This document shows positions 36,384 through 46,602 of a stretch of 64,000 bases of DNA, piece after piece. Made by a program: the position numbers and the translations under genes. The stretch lies in the NCBI GenBank assembly GCA_027448785.1, contig DAIDMW010000002.1, forward strand, positions 7,252 through 71,251. The letters are read 5' to 3'. The DNA is from Candidatus Colwellbacteria bacterium (GTDB taxonomy: Bacteria > Patescibacteriota > Minisyncoccia > UBA6257 > Colwellbacteraceae). Under the pieces are notes generated by a model. It saw only the letters and a list, made by a program, of their open reading frames with translations. It made no database searches and was not told the DNA's origin. Every line of letters starts with the position of its first letter. Within the stretch, counting starts at the first letter, position 1.

Positions 36384-37007
36384 TTATTGATTAGACGGAG
36401 TGGAAGTAGCCGACGATTGGTAATATGTGTTGATTGTCAGAGAGTAGCTCAGGACTGGCGCCGCAGTTTGACCCTTGGTGGCCGTCGTTCCCGGCTGTGT
36501 GCCGGCCGCGGCCGAGACGGAAAGCGACGACAGATCGAAAATCTGGATATTGTTGCTCAGAGAGTTAAGAAAGTTAATCAGGCTTTGATACGTTCCCGAG
36601 CATTGCAGGTTTATAGCAACCGTGCCGACGCCCTTGATGAGCGATCCGGCCGGCGGATAATTTATCGGCAAGTACTGGAAAGATATGGAGGAAAGCTGAA
36701 TATTATTGGCCGACGCCAGCCCCTGGATTTGGTTGATGATAGTCGGCACGTCGTCCTGGGGAGGCAGGATTGAAGAAATGGTCTGCTGCAGCTGCCCCAT
36801 GTTCTGATATTGGCTTTGGAGCTTGTTGACGTTCTGGTTGATGGCGGTTAACTGCTGCAGCAAGCTCTGGTTTCCGGAAACCTCGCCTCGCAGATTCTGG
36901 ACATTATTGAAAAGCGGAAGAAGCATCGAAGAATAAATAATAACCGCGCCCACTAGAAGAGCGATGCTGCCAATCAAGCTATAGAACCTTTTAGTTGAAG
37001 CGCTCAT
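36384..37007 (-). CDS. pilO: Type IV pilus alignment protein PilO-like
   Basis: TM plus coiled coil, ILPPQDDVP, GTYQSLINFL. Confidence 0.75.
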   Translation of the reverse strand: MSASTKRFYSLIGSIALLVGAVIIYSSMLLPLFNNVQNLRGEVSGNQSLLQQLTAINQNVNKLQSQYQNMGQLQQTISSILPPQDDVPTIINQIQGLASANNIQLSSISFQYLPINYPPAGSLIKGVGTVAINLQCSGTYQSLINFLNSLSNNIQIFDLSSLSVSAAAGTQPGTTATKGQTAAPVLSYSLTINTYYQSSATSTPSNQ

Positions 37008-37621
37008 GGTGTGGTTGTCGTAGTGTTAATGAAATTGGGCGTAGAGGTCGAACTGGTGGCGCTGGCATAGCTGAAAATATTCGGATCCAACATCAGCTTC
37101 ACCGAGAAGGTCACCGCGTTGCCGCTGGCTTGCGAACTGCCTAAAACAACGCCTTTGATCTGTGGATTGCTTTGATACGCCTGCAGCTGGGACGCCAGAA
37201 CGGCGTAAGAGGCCGCCACTCCGCTTAAATCAACCTCGCTTTGCGGAACGCTAATTTTAGCTGAGGTGTAACTGACCTGGGGGCTGGTCGAGGAGGCCAG
37301 CAGCGGAAATATGTAAGTGGCGTTGACATGGTTTTTCAGAAGCTTCTGGATATTCACCACCTGCGAATAGAAGCCTACGACGTTCTTTTGGTTCGGATTG
37401 GCCGCAATCTGGTTGCTCAAATCCCGCACCTGCCCCTGCAAGGAGGAGAGTTGATTGTTAAGCATCGGCTGGTAGCCGAAAGCCAAGCCGAGATAGCTTA
37501 AGAGCACCGCCAGAAAAATCACCAGCATGGCGGTAAAAAATTTCCAAGGCCAGCCGACAGGAAGACGTTCCTGCGCCAGCTGCGCTTGGATGCCGGTTAG
37601 GTTGTTTGGATATTCTGGCAT
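37004..37621 (-). CDS. pilN: Type IV pilus alignment protein PilN-like
   Basis: TM plus coiled coil, LSGVAASY. Sits between pilM and pilO. Confidence 0.7.
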   Translation of the reverse strand: MPEYPNNLTGIQAQLAQERLPVGWPWKFFTAMLVIFLAVLLSYLGLAFGYQPMLNNQLSSLQGQVRDLSNQIAANPNQKNVVGFYSQVVNIQKLLKNHVNATYIFPLLASSTSPQVSYTSAKISVPQSEVDLSGVAASYAVLASQLQAYQSNPQIKGVVLGSSQASGNAVTFSVKLMLDPNIFSYASATSSTSTPNFINTTTTTP

Positions 37622-38742
37622 TAGCTAATGAATTGTCTTAATCCTAAACCGATGGCCACGGTGAGCGGGGCGCCGACTTCGGCCAGGAGCGGAGCGGCTT
37701 CCGGCGGAAATTCTATTCTTTTCCAGGGGTCGGCTTTTATAACCGGCAATCCCAGCTGCAGCGATGCATACTTTTCTATCCCCAACAAGTTTGCTCCGCC
37801 GCCGGCCAGTATCACTCTTTCCACCTTGCCGTTGTAATTTTTTTCGTAAATATCTTTCACCCGCTTTACTTCGCTAAGTATAACATCCAGGAAGGGCAGC
37901 ATCAAAGTGGATAAACCATACTCCCCTCCCTGTCCGAGCAATCCTTTCTGTTTTTTAAGATCCTCGGCTCGGCGCACGCTGACGCTTAATCCGTTAGCCA
38001 CGGCCTGCGTCAGGGAGCTGCCGGAAAAATCCGTCTGCGCGCTGTATTTCAACAATCCCTTTTCCGCCACGCCGATGGCGGTGGAACGCGCTCCGATATC
38101 GACCAAGAGAGTGGTGGTAGGATCGCCGGAAGTCAAAACTCGCGCCAAGCTAAGACCTTCGATTTCCAGCGCTTTCAAGGATAACCCGGCGGCGCGGAAA
38201 ACCGTTTGATACTTGTTCACCACTTCGTTCGGCACCGAGATCAGAAAAACCTGCTGTTTCCGAGCTCCCTTCTCGTCGGTGTACTCACCGACCGGAACCC
38301 AGTCGATAGCTACTTCATTCAGCGGCAGTGGTACAAAAACCTGTGCCTGGTAGCGCATCGCCTGGGCCAGCTCCTGCGGAGGAAGGAACGGAACGTCCAA
38401 GAGCGAGGTAAAGGCGGAAAACGAAGGGATGGAAGCGATCGCCGTTTTTGCCTGCGGCCTCATCTTATTTAGCAGCGTTTTTAAAAGTTCAGCCGTCTCG
38501 TTCTCCAACATTTTCAAGCTGCTGGTCTGGATAGCTGTGTTGAGGCGGTCCAAATGGCTATAGCTCTCGAGGATGCCGTAATTTTTCAAGCGCGGCAAGC
38601 CGCTGGTCGTCGAAGCTTCCAGCTCCACGGCCTTGATAGAGGCGGTTCCGATATCAACGCCGAGGAAGTTTCCCTCGGAGACGGCGCTAATCAGCCTTTT
38701 AAACGGGCGTAAATTTATCGACTGCAAGAATTTTTCAAACAT
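37621..38742 (-). CDS. pilM: Type IV pilus assembly protein PilM
   Basis: GVDIGTASIKAVE, VDIGARST, ILAGGGANL, AIGLGLR. Confidence 0.93.
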   Translation of the reverse strand: MFEKFLQSINLRPFKRLISAVSEGNFLGVDIGTASIKAVELEASTTSGLPRLKNYGILESYSHLDRLNTAIQTSSLKMLENETAELLKTLLNKMRPQAKTAIASIPSFSAFTSLLDVPFLPPQELAQAMRYQAQVFVPLPLNEVAIDWVPVGEYTDEKGARKQQVFLISVPNEVVNKYQTVFRAAGLSLKALEIEGLSLARVLTSGDPTTTLLVDIGARSTAIGVAEKGLLKYSAQTDFSGSSLTQAVANGLSVSVRRAEDLKKQKGLLGQGGEYGLSTLMLPFLDVILSEVKRVKDIYEKNYNGKVERVILAGGGANLLGIEKYASLQLGLPVIKADPWKRIEFPPEAAPLLAEVGAPLTVAIGLGLRQFIS

Positions 38743-38780
38743 TTACGAATAAATTATACAACATAAAAAAGGAAATGGCA

Positions 38781-38872
38781 GAAAAAGCGCAAAATAAAAA
38801 CTAAAAGCGAAAAAGAAATAATAACGGACTACTTATCGTTGTTTTTCGCTTTTAGCTTTTAGTTTTGCGCTC
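38781..38872. repeat. Heptamer palindromic element, copy 8 (between divergent pilM and comF)
   Basis: AAAAGCGCAAAATAAAAACTAAAAGCGAAAAAG...TTTTTCGCTTTTAGCTTTTAGTTTTGCGCT. Confidence 0.85.
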
Positions 38873-38889
38873 TAATGTATAATGTAGTC

Positions 38890-39606
38890 ATGCCCTCCTT
38901 TTGGAGTAAAGCCGGCGCCGGCGCTTTCGACCTTCTCTTTCCGCCGCTCTGCCCTGTTTGCCGCAAAGAGTTGACCGACCCCAAGGAAAAATCGCTATCT
39001 CTCTGCCTTTCCTGCTTCTCCTCTCTGGAAGTGAATGAAAACTTTTTTCGCATTCCGCTACCCTACCATCGGGAAAAATCCGGAGGAGTGTTTATTCTCG
39101 GCGCCGGCACCCGCTACGACTCCCCTTTCGCCGCCAAGATTATTCACTCCCTGAAATACGAGGACTGTTTTCTGCTGGCCAAGCCTCTGGCTGAACTTAT
39201 CTTCCGCCATTTGGAGCGCTCCGGATTGGCGCGGCTAATCGAGCGCGAAGAGTTTATAATCACTTCCGTTCCACTCCATCGCCGGCGCCTGATAGACCGG
39301 GGCTATAATCAAGCGGAGCTAATCGGGCGAGAACTATCTCTCTTAACCGGTCTGCCGATCGCCGATCTTCTTCTTCGTACGCGACCAACCATGGAACAGG
39401 CCAAAATCTCCGACCCCGAAGAAAGAATGAAAAATGCCAAAGGCTGCTTTTCGATAAACAGCAAATCAAAGTCTTCTCCTTCGGGAAAAAGGATACTGCT
39501 CGTCGACGATGTCTTCACAACCGGAGCCACTATGTTCGAGGCGGCAAAATGCCTATACCGATTCGGCGCGCGGCTGGTCGTCGGTCTCGCGGCAGCCAAA
39601 GCCTAA
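38890..39606 (+). CDS. comF: Competence protein ComF (PRT-fold)
   Basis: LFPPLCPVC, VPLH, RGYNQA, LLVDDVFTTGAT. Start at ATG 38890, 6 nt after TATAAT. Confidence 0.9.
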   Translation: MPSFWSKAGAGAFDLLFPPLCPVCRKELTDPKEKSLSLCLSCFSSLEVNENFFRIPLPYHREKSGGVFILGAGTRYDSPFAAKIIHSLKYEDCFLLAKPLAELIFRHLERSGLARLIEREEFIITSVPLHRRRLIDRGYNQAELIGRELSLLTGLPIADLLLRTRPTMEQAKISDPEERMKNAKGCFSINSKSKSSPSGKRILLVDDVFTTGATMFEAAKCLYRFGARLVVGLAAAKA

Positions 39607-39786
39607 AAATGCAAAACTAAAAGCTAAAAGCGAAAAAATAACGGCCAGGCAAGCGCAAGATTTAAAAGATCCGACGACTAACGACCTACCGTTATTTTAC
39701 GCTTTACGCTTTTCTCTTTGCGCTTTTAAATTTGTTTCGGCTTTCTGATTTAGGATTTCGGATTTTCGTTATTTTTCCTTTTGCGC
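39607..39786. repeat. Heptamer palindromic element, copy 9 (composite, between convergent stops)
   Basis: Outer arms, inner CGACTAA-CGACCTA units and the right half of the AAATCCG module (TTTGTTTCGG...TTTAGGATTTCGGATTT). Confidence 0.83.
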
Positions 39787-40635
39787 TTATTTGTAGTAGA
39801 TCCTCCCTTGTATCCGCAGATCGACGTATTGGACATTTTTCCAAGCGGGATCCTTGAGCAGCGATTGCACGGCGCCGAAGTCATCGGAAGGATCGAAAAG
39901 CAGGCTGAAATAAATCTTTTTATTGTCGAGAGTTTTGAAATAAACCTCCTCGTAACTCAGGTTATCCAGATAAAGGACAGGGCGGGAAAAACCAAGCTTC
40001 TCCAAAAAAGCCGCGACGGCGAGGAGGTTTTTGTACTGCGCCGCGGGAAGCGTCGTCGAAAGCAGCGGAATGTTGGGGCGCGATGAATCGAGGACCTCCG
40101 GCGAAGTCGAAGAAGCGATGCTGGTTAAAGAAAAAGAAGTGCTCGAAGTGGCGGCAGACGCGTTGGAGGAGGTTGAAACGGCGCGGGAAAAAGCCCTCCC
40201 GCTCTGATCCGTCCAATAGCAAGAGCCCGATGCGGTAAAGCACCACAGCAAGGTTTTCGGGCGCTCGCTGACTTTGACCACCACGCGGCGGCTGAAGAAA
40301 TTTCTCTCGATCTCCAGCCCGGATAGGCCGGGCATGAATTTCAGCGCAGCCCCGCTTACCTGCGCCGATCCGCCCCACGACCATATGTTGGTCAGTCCGA
40401 GCCAGCCGCTTAATCCTCCGTGCCGCAACAATTCCGCATCGACGGCTGAAATAATGGTAGCCGAAGAGACCGCGGAGTTTCCCGAAACCGAGACGTTTTG
40501 CACGGTAAACAGGGGGAAGTGGAAAATGAACGAAAAAAATCCGATAAAAAGGAGAATTGCCGCGCCGGAGGCGGCGTAAATTTTCACTCTTTTTAGAAAA
40601 AGCTCCTTCTCCCTCGTCCGGCTCTGATAGCGCAT
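39787..40635 (-). CDS. FtsQ/DivIB-like cell division protein (POTRA domain)
   Basis: TM, FTVQNVSVSGN, VKVSER, YVDLRIQGRIYYK C-terminus. Confidence 0.72.
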   Translation of the reverse strand: MRYQSRTREKELFLKRVKIYAASGAAILLFIGFFSFIFHFPLFTVQNVSVSGNSAVSSATIISAVDAELLRHGGLSGWLGLTNIWSWGGSAQVSGAALKFMPGLSGLEIERNFFSRRVVVKVSERPKTLLWCFTASGSCYWTDQSGRAFSRAVSTSSNASAATSSTSFSLTSIASSTSPEVLDSSRPNIPLLSTTLPAAQYKNLLAVAAFLEKLGFSRPVLYLDNLSYEEVYFKTLDNKKIYFSLLFDPSDDFGAVQSLLKDPAWKNVQYVDLRIQGRIYYK

Positions 40636-40641
40636 ATCCCT

Positions 40642-41958
40642 TTATTTGTCAGATGGTTTGATAACATCCTTTCCCACGAATTCGCGCAGGACTTCCGGGA
40701 CAATTATATTCCCTTCCTTGGTCTGGTAATTTTCGATGATGGCGATAAGCACCCGCGGGCTAGGCAGAGCGGTGTTGTTCAGCATGTAAGCGAACTTCTT
40801 CTCCCCTTCCGCATCGGTGTAACGGACATTAAGTCTTCTGGCCTGCCAATCCAGGAAGTTGCTGGCCGATCCGGTTTCAGCCCACCTATTCATTCCTGGA
40901 AGCCAAGCCTCGATGTCGAAAGCGCGATATTTCCCGGGACTCATATCCCCGGTGCAAATCTGTAGCCTGCGGTACGGCAGGCCAAGCTCCTCATGCATCT
41001 CGCCAGAGATATTGGTCATTTCGTCCTGGAGCTTGTTGGCTTTCTCCACGTCGGCTTCGGCGACCGCGACCTGTTCGACTTTCATAAACTCATGAACGCG
41101 ATACAATCCCTTGACATCTTTGCTATAACTGCCTATTTCGCTCCGGTAGCACTGGCTGTATCCGCAAACCTTAATCGGCAGATCCTCGACCGGCAGCGTT
41201 TCGTTAGCGAAGTAAGCCAAAAGCGAAGGCTCGGCCGTACCGACCAAGAACTTCTTCTCGCCGCTGAACTCTCCGGTCGCCTCTTTGTCCGAGGTGGCCA
41301 CCTGATAGATCTCGTCCACCGCCGAATCGTAAGTCAGCCCCTTGAAGTATCCACTGCCGAAAAGAGCGAATCCTTTGACCAGCGTCGGCGGAATCATCGG
41401 GTTGAATCCTTTCTGCACCATCTTCCGTAGGGCGTACATCATGATTCCCATCGTGAGAAGCACTCCGTCGTTTTTAACATAATAGCCGCGGAATCCTCCG
41501 ACCTTCGTTCCGCGGTCGAAATCGAGGATGTCGAGATGCTTGCTTATTTCAATGTGACTTTTGGGCTCAAAATCGAATTTTTTCGGCTCGCCCCATCGGA
41601 AAATCTCCTTATTGTCCTCTTCCCCTTTACCGATCGGCGTGTCGGGAGAAGGAACAGTCGGCACCTTGGCCATCAGCTCGTCGAATCTTTCTTTGACCTC
41701 GTCTAGCTTCCCCAAGTCTGGTTCGCGCAGCGCTCGGCCCTTCTCGATCAACTCCTTCCTCTCTTTCTCGTCCTTCGCCTTGGCAATCTCGTCGTTTAAA
41801 TCGTTCTTCTGCTGGTTGAAAGATTCTGATTCGCGCAGCAGAGATAGGCGCTCCTGGTCTGCCCGCAAAAGCTCGTCTAAATCGAGATTGATTCTCTTGT
41901 TCTTGATGGCCTCCTTTACCTCGTCGGCGTGTTCCCTGATGAATTTTATATCCAGCAT
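40642..41958 (-). CDS. serS: Serine--tRNA ligase
   Basis: MLDIKFIRE start at 41958, GTAEPSL, YRSEIG, GLYRVHEFMKVEQ, LNNTAL. Confidence 0.96.
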   Translation of the reverse strand: MLDIKFIREHADEVKEAIKNKRINLDLDELLRADQERLSLLRESESFNQQKNDLNDEIAKAKDEKERKELIEKGRALREPDLGKLDEVKERFDELMAKVPTVPSPDTPIGKGEEDNKEIFRWGEPKKFDFEPKSHIEISKHLDILDFDRGTKVGGFRGYYVKNDGVLLTMGIMMYALRKMVQKGFNPMIPPTLVKGFALFGSGYFKGLTYDSAVDEIYQVATSDKEATGEFSGEKKFLVGTAEPSLLAYFANETLPVEDLPIKVCGYSQCYRSEIGSYSKDVKGLYRVHEFMKVEQVAVAEADVEKANKLQDEMTNISGEMHEELGLPYRRLQICTGDMSPGKYRAFDIEAWLPGMNRWAETGSASNFLDWQARRLNVRYTDAEGEKKFAYMLNNTALPSPRVLIAIIENYQTKEGNIIVPEVLREFVGKDVIKPSDK

Positions 41959-42164
41959 CTTGTTTATTTTTGTAAATTTGTGCTTTTTTTCTCCGGCCGG
42001 AAGTGTCGGCGCAGGCGATTTTTTATTCATTAATTATTACTCTCCTTGCCTCTTAAAATCAATCGCCACAAAAACCGTTTTTTGACAAAACCGATGCCTT
42101 GGCCTAACGTCTCTATACCCTTAATCGGGATGGATTTGAACCTCTATAAAAGGAGAGTGATCAG

Positions 42165-43109
42165 ATGCGCCACGGTCGCCGTTCCGGCTCCTGCTGGGTT
42201 TCATGGCTTCTCTCAGCCGTTCTACTCCTCGCCATATCGTTCACTTACGATTGGGGACACGCGTCTCAAATACTGTTTGCCTACGAACGGAACGAGCTTC
42301 AAAGCGCCCGGAGCGAAATCGACCAAAACCACGTGAAAATCGGAGAGTTGCAGCAAGCAATCGCCCAACTCTCAATTGAACTGGCCCAGGAGACGAAAGC
42401 CGCCAAAGAGCTGCGGCAGCAGCTGAGCAAGCTCCAGGCTACCAAAGCCTCCGACCCTCCGGCCGGAGTAATCTTCTACCAGGGCAACACCTCTTCAAAG
42501 GAAGTGGCGATTACCATCGACGACGCCTTCGTGCCGTCGCTGGTAGAAAAAGCTTTGGGCATCCTCGCAAGTAATCGCGCGACAGCCACTTTTTTCCCGG
42601 TTGGCCGCATGATCTCGGCCGACCCAGGAATATTCCGCCAAGCGGTCAAAGACGGCATTCAGCTCGGCAATCACACCTACGACCACGAATGGCTGACGCA
42701 GCTAACCCCTTCGCAGATTACCGCTCAGATCGATGGGTGGCAGAACGCAATCGACCAGGCGCTCGGGTATCACTACGACACTGTGTGGTTCCGGCCGCCG
42801 GGAATGGCTGGCTTCACCAGCCGGCAGCTCGACAAGAAGTACGGGCCGATCGTCGGCAAATACGACTTAAACGTTGCGCTTTGGGACGTAGATACCTACA
42901 CCGGCATCTATAAGTCCAAGGGGCTAAACGTCGCGCCGTCTGTCGTCGCCGATTACGTCCTGTCGCACGCCCACCCCGGCAGCGTCATTCTTATGCATTT
43001 CGATACTCCGGACATCGCGGCCCTGCCGGCGATTCTCCAAGGACTCGAAGCCAAGGGCCTAAAACCAGTGACGCTCTCCAAGTTGTACAACTACTCTCCC
43101 ACAAAATAA
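42165..43109 (+). CDS. Membrane-anchored polysaccharide deacetylase (NodB/CE4) with coiled-coil stalk
   Basis: ITIDD, ATFF, GNHTYDH, FRPPG, WDVDT, ILMHF. Confidence 0.9.
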   Translation: MRHGRRSGSCWVSWLLSAVLLLAISFTYDWGHASQILFAYERNELQSARSEIDQNHVKIGELQQAIAQLSIELAQETKAAKELRQQLSKLQATKASDPPAGVIFYQGNTSSKEVAITIDDAFVPSLVEKALGILASNRATATFFPVGRMISADPGIFRQAVKDGIQLGNHTYDHEWLTQLTPSQITAQIDGWQNAIDQALGYHYDTVWFRPPGMAGFTSRQLDKKYGPIVGKYDLNVALWDVDTYTGIYKSKGLNVAPSVVADYVLSHAHPGSVILMHFDTPDIAALPAILQGLEAKGLKPVTLSKLYNYSPTK

Positions 43110-43120
43110 GAGAGGACTTA

Positions 43121-43157
43121 AAAGCCCGAGGCATTCCGCCCCGGGCCTTTCTTTTTT
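43121..43157 (+). terminator. Intrinsic terminator between the convergent deacetylase and lysS
   Basis: AAAGCCCGAGGC-ATTCC-GCCCCGGGCCTTT followed by CTTTTTT. Confidence 0.7.
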
Positions 43158-43172
43158 ATCCTATGATTCTTA

Positions 43173-44621
43173 TCAGCTTTTCTTCTTAAGAAGCGGAAAG
43201 AAGACCGTCTCCCTGACCGGACGATCCATGAGGACGGCGAACAACCTCTCGGACATACCAAAACCTCCCGTCGGAGGCATACCGTACTCCAATGCCTCTA
43301 GAAAATCCTCATCCAGCATCTGCGCCTCGACATCGCCCTTGGCGCGCAGCTTCATCTGTTCCTCAAATCTCTCTCGTTCGTCCACCGGATCGTTCGCTTC
43401 GGAAAAACCCTTGCCGAGCTCGGTTCCGCAAGCGACGACCTGAAATCTTTCAACCTTGTCCGGCTCCCCTTCTTTTCTTTTGGCCAGCGGCTCGATATCG
43501 ACTGGCGGGTCGATTAAAAAGCAGGGTTGAACCAGCTTCGGGCGAGCCGTTTTCTTAAAAAGCAGGTCGATCAGCCGGCCGCGGCCGTGCTGTTTGGTCG
43601 CCTCGAGTTTCAACTCTTTCGCTTTGGCGAACAACTCATCCTCGGTCGCATACTTCAAATCCAATCCGGTCCCTTCTTTGAAGATCTCGTAATAGTCGAC
43701 GACCGGCCACTTCTTCCCCCAATCGATCTCCGCTCCTTTCCAAACGGTAGTAAGCGATCCTGTTGATTCCTGAATGGCGCGCTTATACATCCTCTCGACA
43801 AATTCCATCAGCTCTCGGTAGTCGGAGTAAGCCCAATAAAACTCCATCTGAGTGTAATCCTGAAGATGTTCAGCATCGATTCCCTCGTTGCGGAAGATCC
43901 TGCCGATCTCGAAAACTTTTTCGTATCCTCCGACCAATAATTTCTTCAGCGATATCTCCAAAGAGATGCGCAAATAAAAATCCGTCTGCAGCGCCTTATG
44001 CCTGGTGACGAACGGTTCCGCCTCGGCCCCTCCGGGGACCGCTTCTAACACCGGCGTCTCCACCTCGGTGAACCCGCTGTTTTTCATAAAATCACGGACC
44101 GCTCCCCAGAATCGGTCTTTCTTCCGAAAAAGCTCGCGCAGCTCGGGGTCGGTCATCAAATCCAGATACCTCTGTCTGAGCTTTAACTCTATGTCATGCA
44201 GGCCGTAAAAGTCCGTCGGGATCGGTCGCAGAGATTTGACCGCCATTTTTAGCCCGGAAACCTCCAGGCTTTTTTCGCCGCGCTTGGTCGTAAAAGGTTT
44301 TCCAGAAGCCTCGATGAAGTCTCCGCGATCAAGGTTATCGCGCCAAAACTCCAGTTCAGCGAAGGTCTCGGCGCGCAATACCAGCTGGATCGTTCCGCTT
44401 TCGTCTTCGAGGTCCAAAAAAACCACCCCGCCCTGGTCGCGGATAGCGCGGATTCTGCCGATCAAGGATATCTTCCTGCCGGATTCAGCCAAGTTTGGAA
44501 AATCCTGAAGAGCTTGGCTTATCGGGAAATCTCGTCGCACGCGCGCCGGATAGGGATCCTCTCCCCTTTCTTTTATCCTCTGTAGTTTTCTTTTTCGTTC
44601 TTCGATCAGCGCGTCTAACAT
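43173..44621 (-). CDS. lysS: Lysine--tRNA ligase (class II)
   Basis: RQRYLDL, GGAEAEPF, EIGRIFRNEG, ALEYGMPPTGG. Confidence 0.97.
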   Translation of the reverse strand: MLDALIEERKRKLQRIKERGEDPYPARVRRDFPISQALQDFPNLAESGRKISLIGRIRAIRDQGGVVFLDLEDESGTIQLVLRAETFAELEFWRDNLDRGDFIEASGKPFTTKRGEKSLEVSGLKMAVKSLRPIPTDFYGLHDIELKLRQRYLDLMTDPELRELFRKKDRFWGAVRDFMKNSGFTEVETPVLEAVPGGAEAEPFVTRHKALQTDFYLRISLEISLKKLLVGGYEKVFEIGRIFRNEGIDAEHLQDYTQMEFYWAYSDYRELMEFVERMYKRAIQESTGSLTTVWKGAEIDWGKKWPVVDYYEIFKEGTGLDLKYATEDELFAKAKELKLEATKQHGRGRLIDLLFKKTARPKLVQPCFLIDPPVDIEPLAKRKEGEPDKVERFQVVACGTELGKGFSEANDPVDERERFEEQMKLRAKGDVEAQMLDEDFLEALEYGMPPTGGFGMSERLFAVLMDRPVRETVFFPLLKKKS

Positions 44622-44639
44622 TTGCGAAATGATTAACTA

Positions 44640-45098
44640 TTACTCAATTTTGGACACAACGTACTCCACGCTGCCGGAAGGCGTTTCCACGGTAATCGAA
44701 TCACCCACTTTATGCCCTAAAAGCTCGCGTCCCAGCGGCGATTCATTGGAGATGAATCCCTCCTCCGGCTTGGCCTCGCTCCGTCCGCCTATGAAGAAGC
44801 GCATATTCTTGCCGTCGCGGATCACTTCGACGGTAGAGCCGACGGTCACGATCCCGGAGCTTTTCTCCCCCTTTTTAATAATAACCGACTCCTTGATAAT
44901 ACCCTCCAGCTCGTCGATCCGGCGCTCCACGCGGTGCTGCTCTTCCTTGGCCTCCGCGTACTCCGAGTTCTCCGACAAATCGCCCAGCTCTTTGGCTTTT
45001 TTCAAGCGTTCCGCCACCTCGAGCCTGGCAGTTCCCTTTAATTCACCCAACTCTAACTTTAGCTCCTTCAATCTCTCCTCAGTCAAGAAATAGCTCAT
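44640..45098 (-). CDS. greA: Transcription elongation factor GreA
   Basis: GDLSENSEYAEAK, ISNESPLG. Confidence 0.96.
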   Translation of the reverse strand: MSYFLTEERLKELKLELGELKGTARLEVAERLKKAKELGDLSENSEYAEAKEEQHRVERRIDELEGIIKESVIIKKGEKSSGIVTVGSTVEVIRDGKNMRFFIGGRSEAKPEEGFISNESPLGRELLGHKVGDSITVETPSGSVEYVVSKIE

Positions 45099-45109
45099 TG
45101 TTTTTTATT

Positions 45110-45817
45110 TTATTTATAGGCTCCGGCTAAAAGCCATATTTTTATTTTTACCGCATCCCAAAGCGGAGCGCTACTGCTTTTCCCGCCTGCCGCATCACCG
45201 CGCCGATCCAAGATTACTTCTCCGATCCTGATTCCGTTTTTATCCGCGATTCCCAAAGCCTCTAAACCCGCTCCTCTGCCCTTTAGGCGCGTCTTCGGAA
45301 ATACGATCTCGGCCGCCGCTCCGGTGAAGCACTGGAAGCCGCTTAAGCCGTTCCGCACTTTCCTGGTAACCAGAGCGTGTGCCGCTTTTTTCCAAAAGGA
45401 GGACGGAAGGCTGATTAAAAATCCCAGCGCTCCGTCACTTGCCTCCACGCCGGGGTAGCCGACAACCGCTCCGAAACCGGCGCGGAAGTGCTCTAATAGC
45501 CTCGGGAGTTCCTTAAAGTCAATCTCTGAGTCCAGGTCCAGCCACATGCGATACTGTCCGGTGGCGGAGAGCATCCCTTTTTTCAGTACTTCTCCCCAAC
45601 CGGCATCCGGCCGTTCCAGTAGATTCAAGTTCTTTACAAAAGAAGCGAAGCGTCGGACGATATCCGTAGTCGCATCATTCGAGCCGCGGTCGACGACCAG
45701 AATCTCGTAGCTATAATCTCCGGCCGACAGCCGGCGGTCGATTTCTAGCAAGGCGAGCGGAATTCTCTTGGCTTCGTTCAGTGTTGGGATTATTACCGAA
45801 AGGCGCGGAGAATCCAT
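45110..45817 (-). CDS. Family 2 glycosyltransferase (DPM1/Alg5-like, degenerate motifs)
   Basis: LSVIIPTLNEAKRI, VVDRGSND, DLD, SGFQCF. Confidence 0.75.
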   Translation of the reverse strand: MDSPRLSVIIPTLNEAKRIPLALLEIDRRLSAGDYSYEILVVDRGSNDATTDIVRRFASFVKNLNLLERPDAGWGEVLKKGMLSATGQYRMWLDLDSEIDFKELPRLLEHFRAGFGAVVGYPGVEASDGALGFLISLPSSFWKKAAHALVTRKVRNGLSGFQCFTGAAAEIVFPKTRLKGRGAGLEALGIADKNGIRIGEVILDRRGDAAGGKSSSAPLWDAVKIKIWLLAGAYK

Positions 45818-45824
45818 CGAAAGA

Positions 45825-46253
45825 TTAACGCTTCTTCCACTGCGGAGCCCGACGGGCTTTGCGCAACCCGTATTTCTTCCTTTCCACCGCTCGGTCGTCG
45901 CGGGTGAGATACCCTAACCCTTTAAGCGTGCCGCGGAAGTCCGGATTGAACTTGATGATGGCCCGAGCTAAGCCGAGGGTTACCGCCTCAGCCTGTCCAG
46001 TTATCCCTCCGCCGCGAACGGAAACCTTAACGACTGGACGGGACTTCTCTCCGAACACGCTAAGCGGAGCCAAAGCCGCGTTGCGCATTCGCAGCACGGG
46101 GAAAAACTCCTCGATTTCCTTGTTGTTGACTTTAGTGGAAAACTTCTCGTCTCCCAAAGGATAAATGCGAACTCTCGCTACCGCCGTTTTGCGGCGACCG
46201 ACTCCCTCGAAATATTTATTTTCTTTAGCTGAAACTTTACTCATTGTCTTCAA
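45825..46253 (-). CDS. rpsI: 30S ribosomal protein S9
   Basis: GRRKTAVARV, GGGITGQA, ERKKYGLRKARRAPQWKKR. Confidence 0.97.
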   Translation of the reverse strand: MKTMSKVSAKENKYFEGVGRRKTAVARVRIYPLGDEKFSTKVNNKEIEEFFPVLRMRNAALAPLSVFGEKSRPVVKVSVRGGGITGQAEAVTLGLARAIIKFNPDFRGTLKGLGYLTRDDRAVERKKYGLRKARRAPQWKKR

Positions 46254-46602
46254 TAACTAACATTTTTAAACGGCGGCTAGCCAGCGTGTTCTTCGGCAAC
46301 ATACCGCGGACCGCTCTCTTTAAAATCCAGGCCGGATTCTTCGCAAAAACCTCGCGGTAGCTCTTGGTCTTCAAATGGCCGACGTAGCCGGTGTGGTGGT
46401 GGTAAACCTTCTGCGACTCCTTGCGGCCGGTCACCTTCAAACCGCGGACGTTCTTCACGACCACCTTATTCTCTCCGACCAGGCGTGGATCATAGCCGGC
46501 GGAATCCTTACCCTGCAGCACGCGTGCTATTTCCGTAGCCAAGCGTCCCAGAGTTTTTCCTTTAGCGTCGATGTTATAAGTCATGGTTTTAGACGAATTC
46601 AA
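46237..46602 (-). CDS. rplM: 50S ribosomal protein L13
   Basis: IDAKGKTLGRLAT, HTGYVG, AVRGMLPK. Confidence 0.97.
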   Translation of the reverse strand: MNSSKTMTYNIDAKGKTLGRLATEIARVLQGKDSAGYDPRLVGENKVVVKNVRGLKVTGRKESQKVYHHHTGYVGHLKTKSYREVFAKNPAWILKRAVRGMLPKNTLASRRLKMLVIEDNE

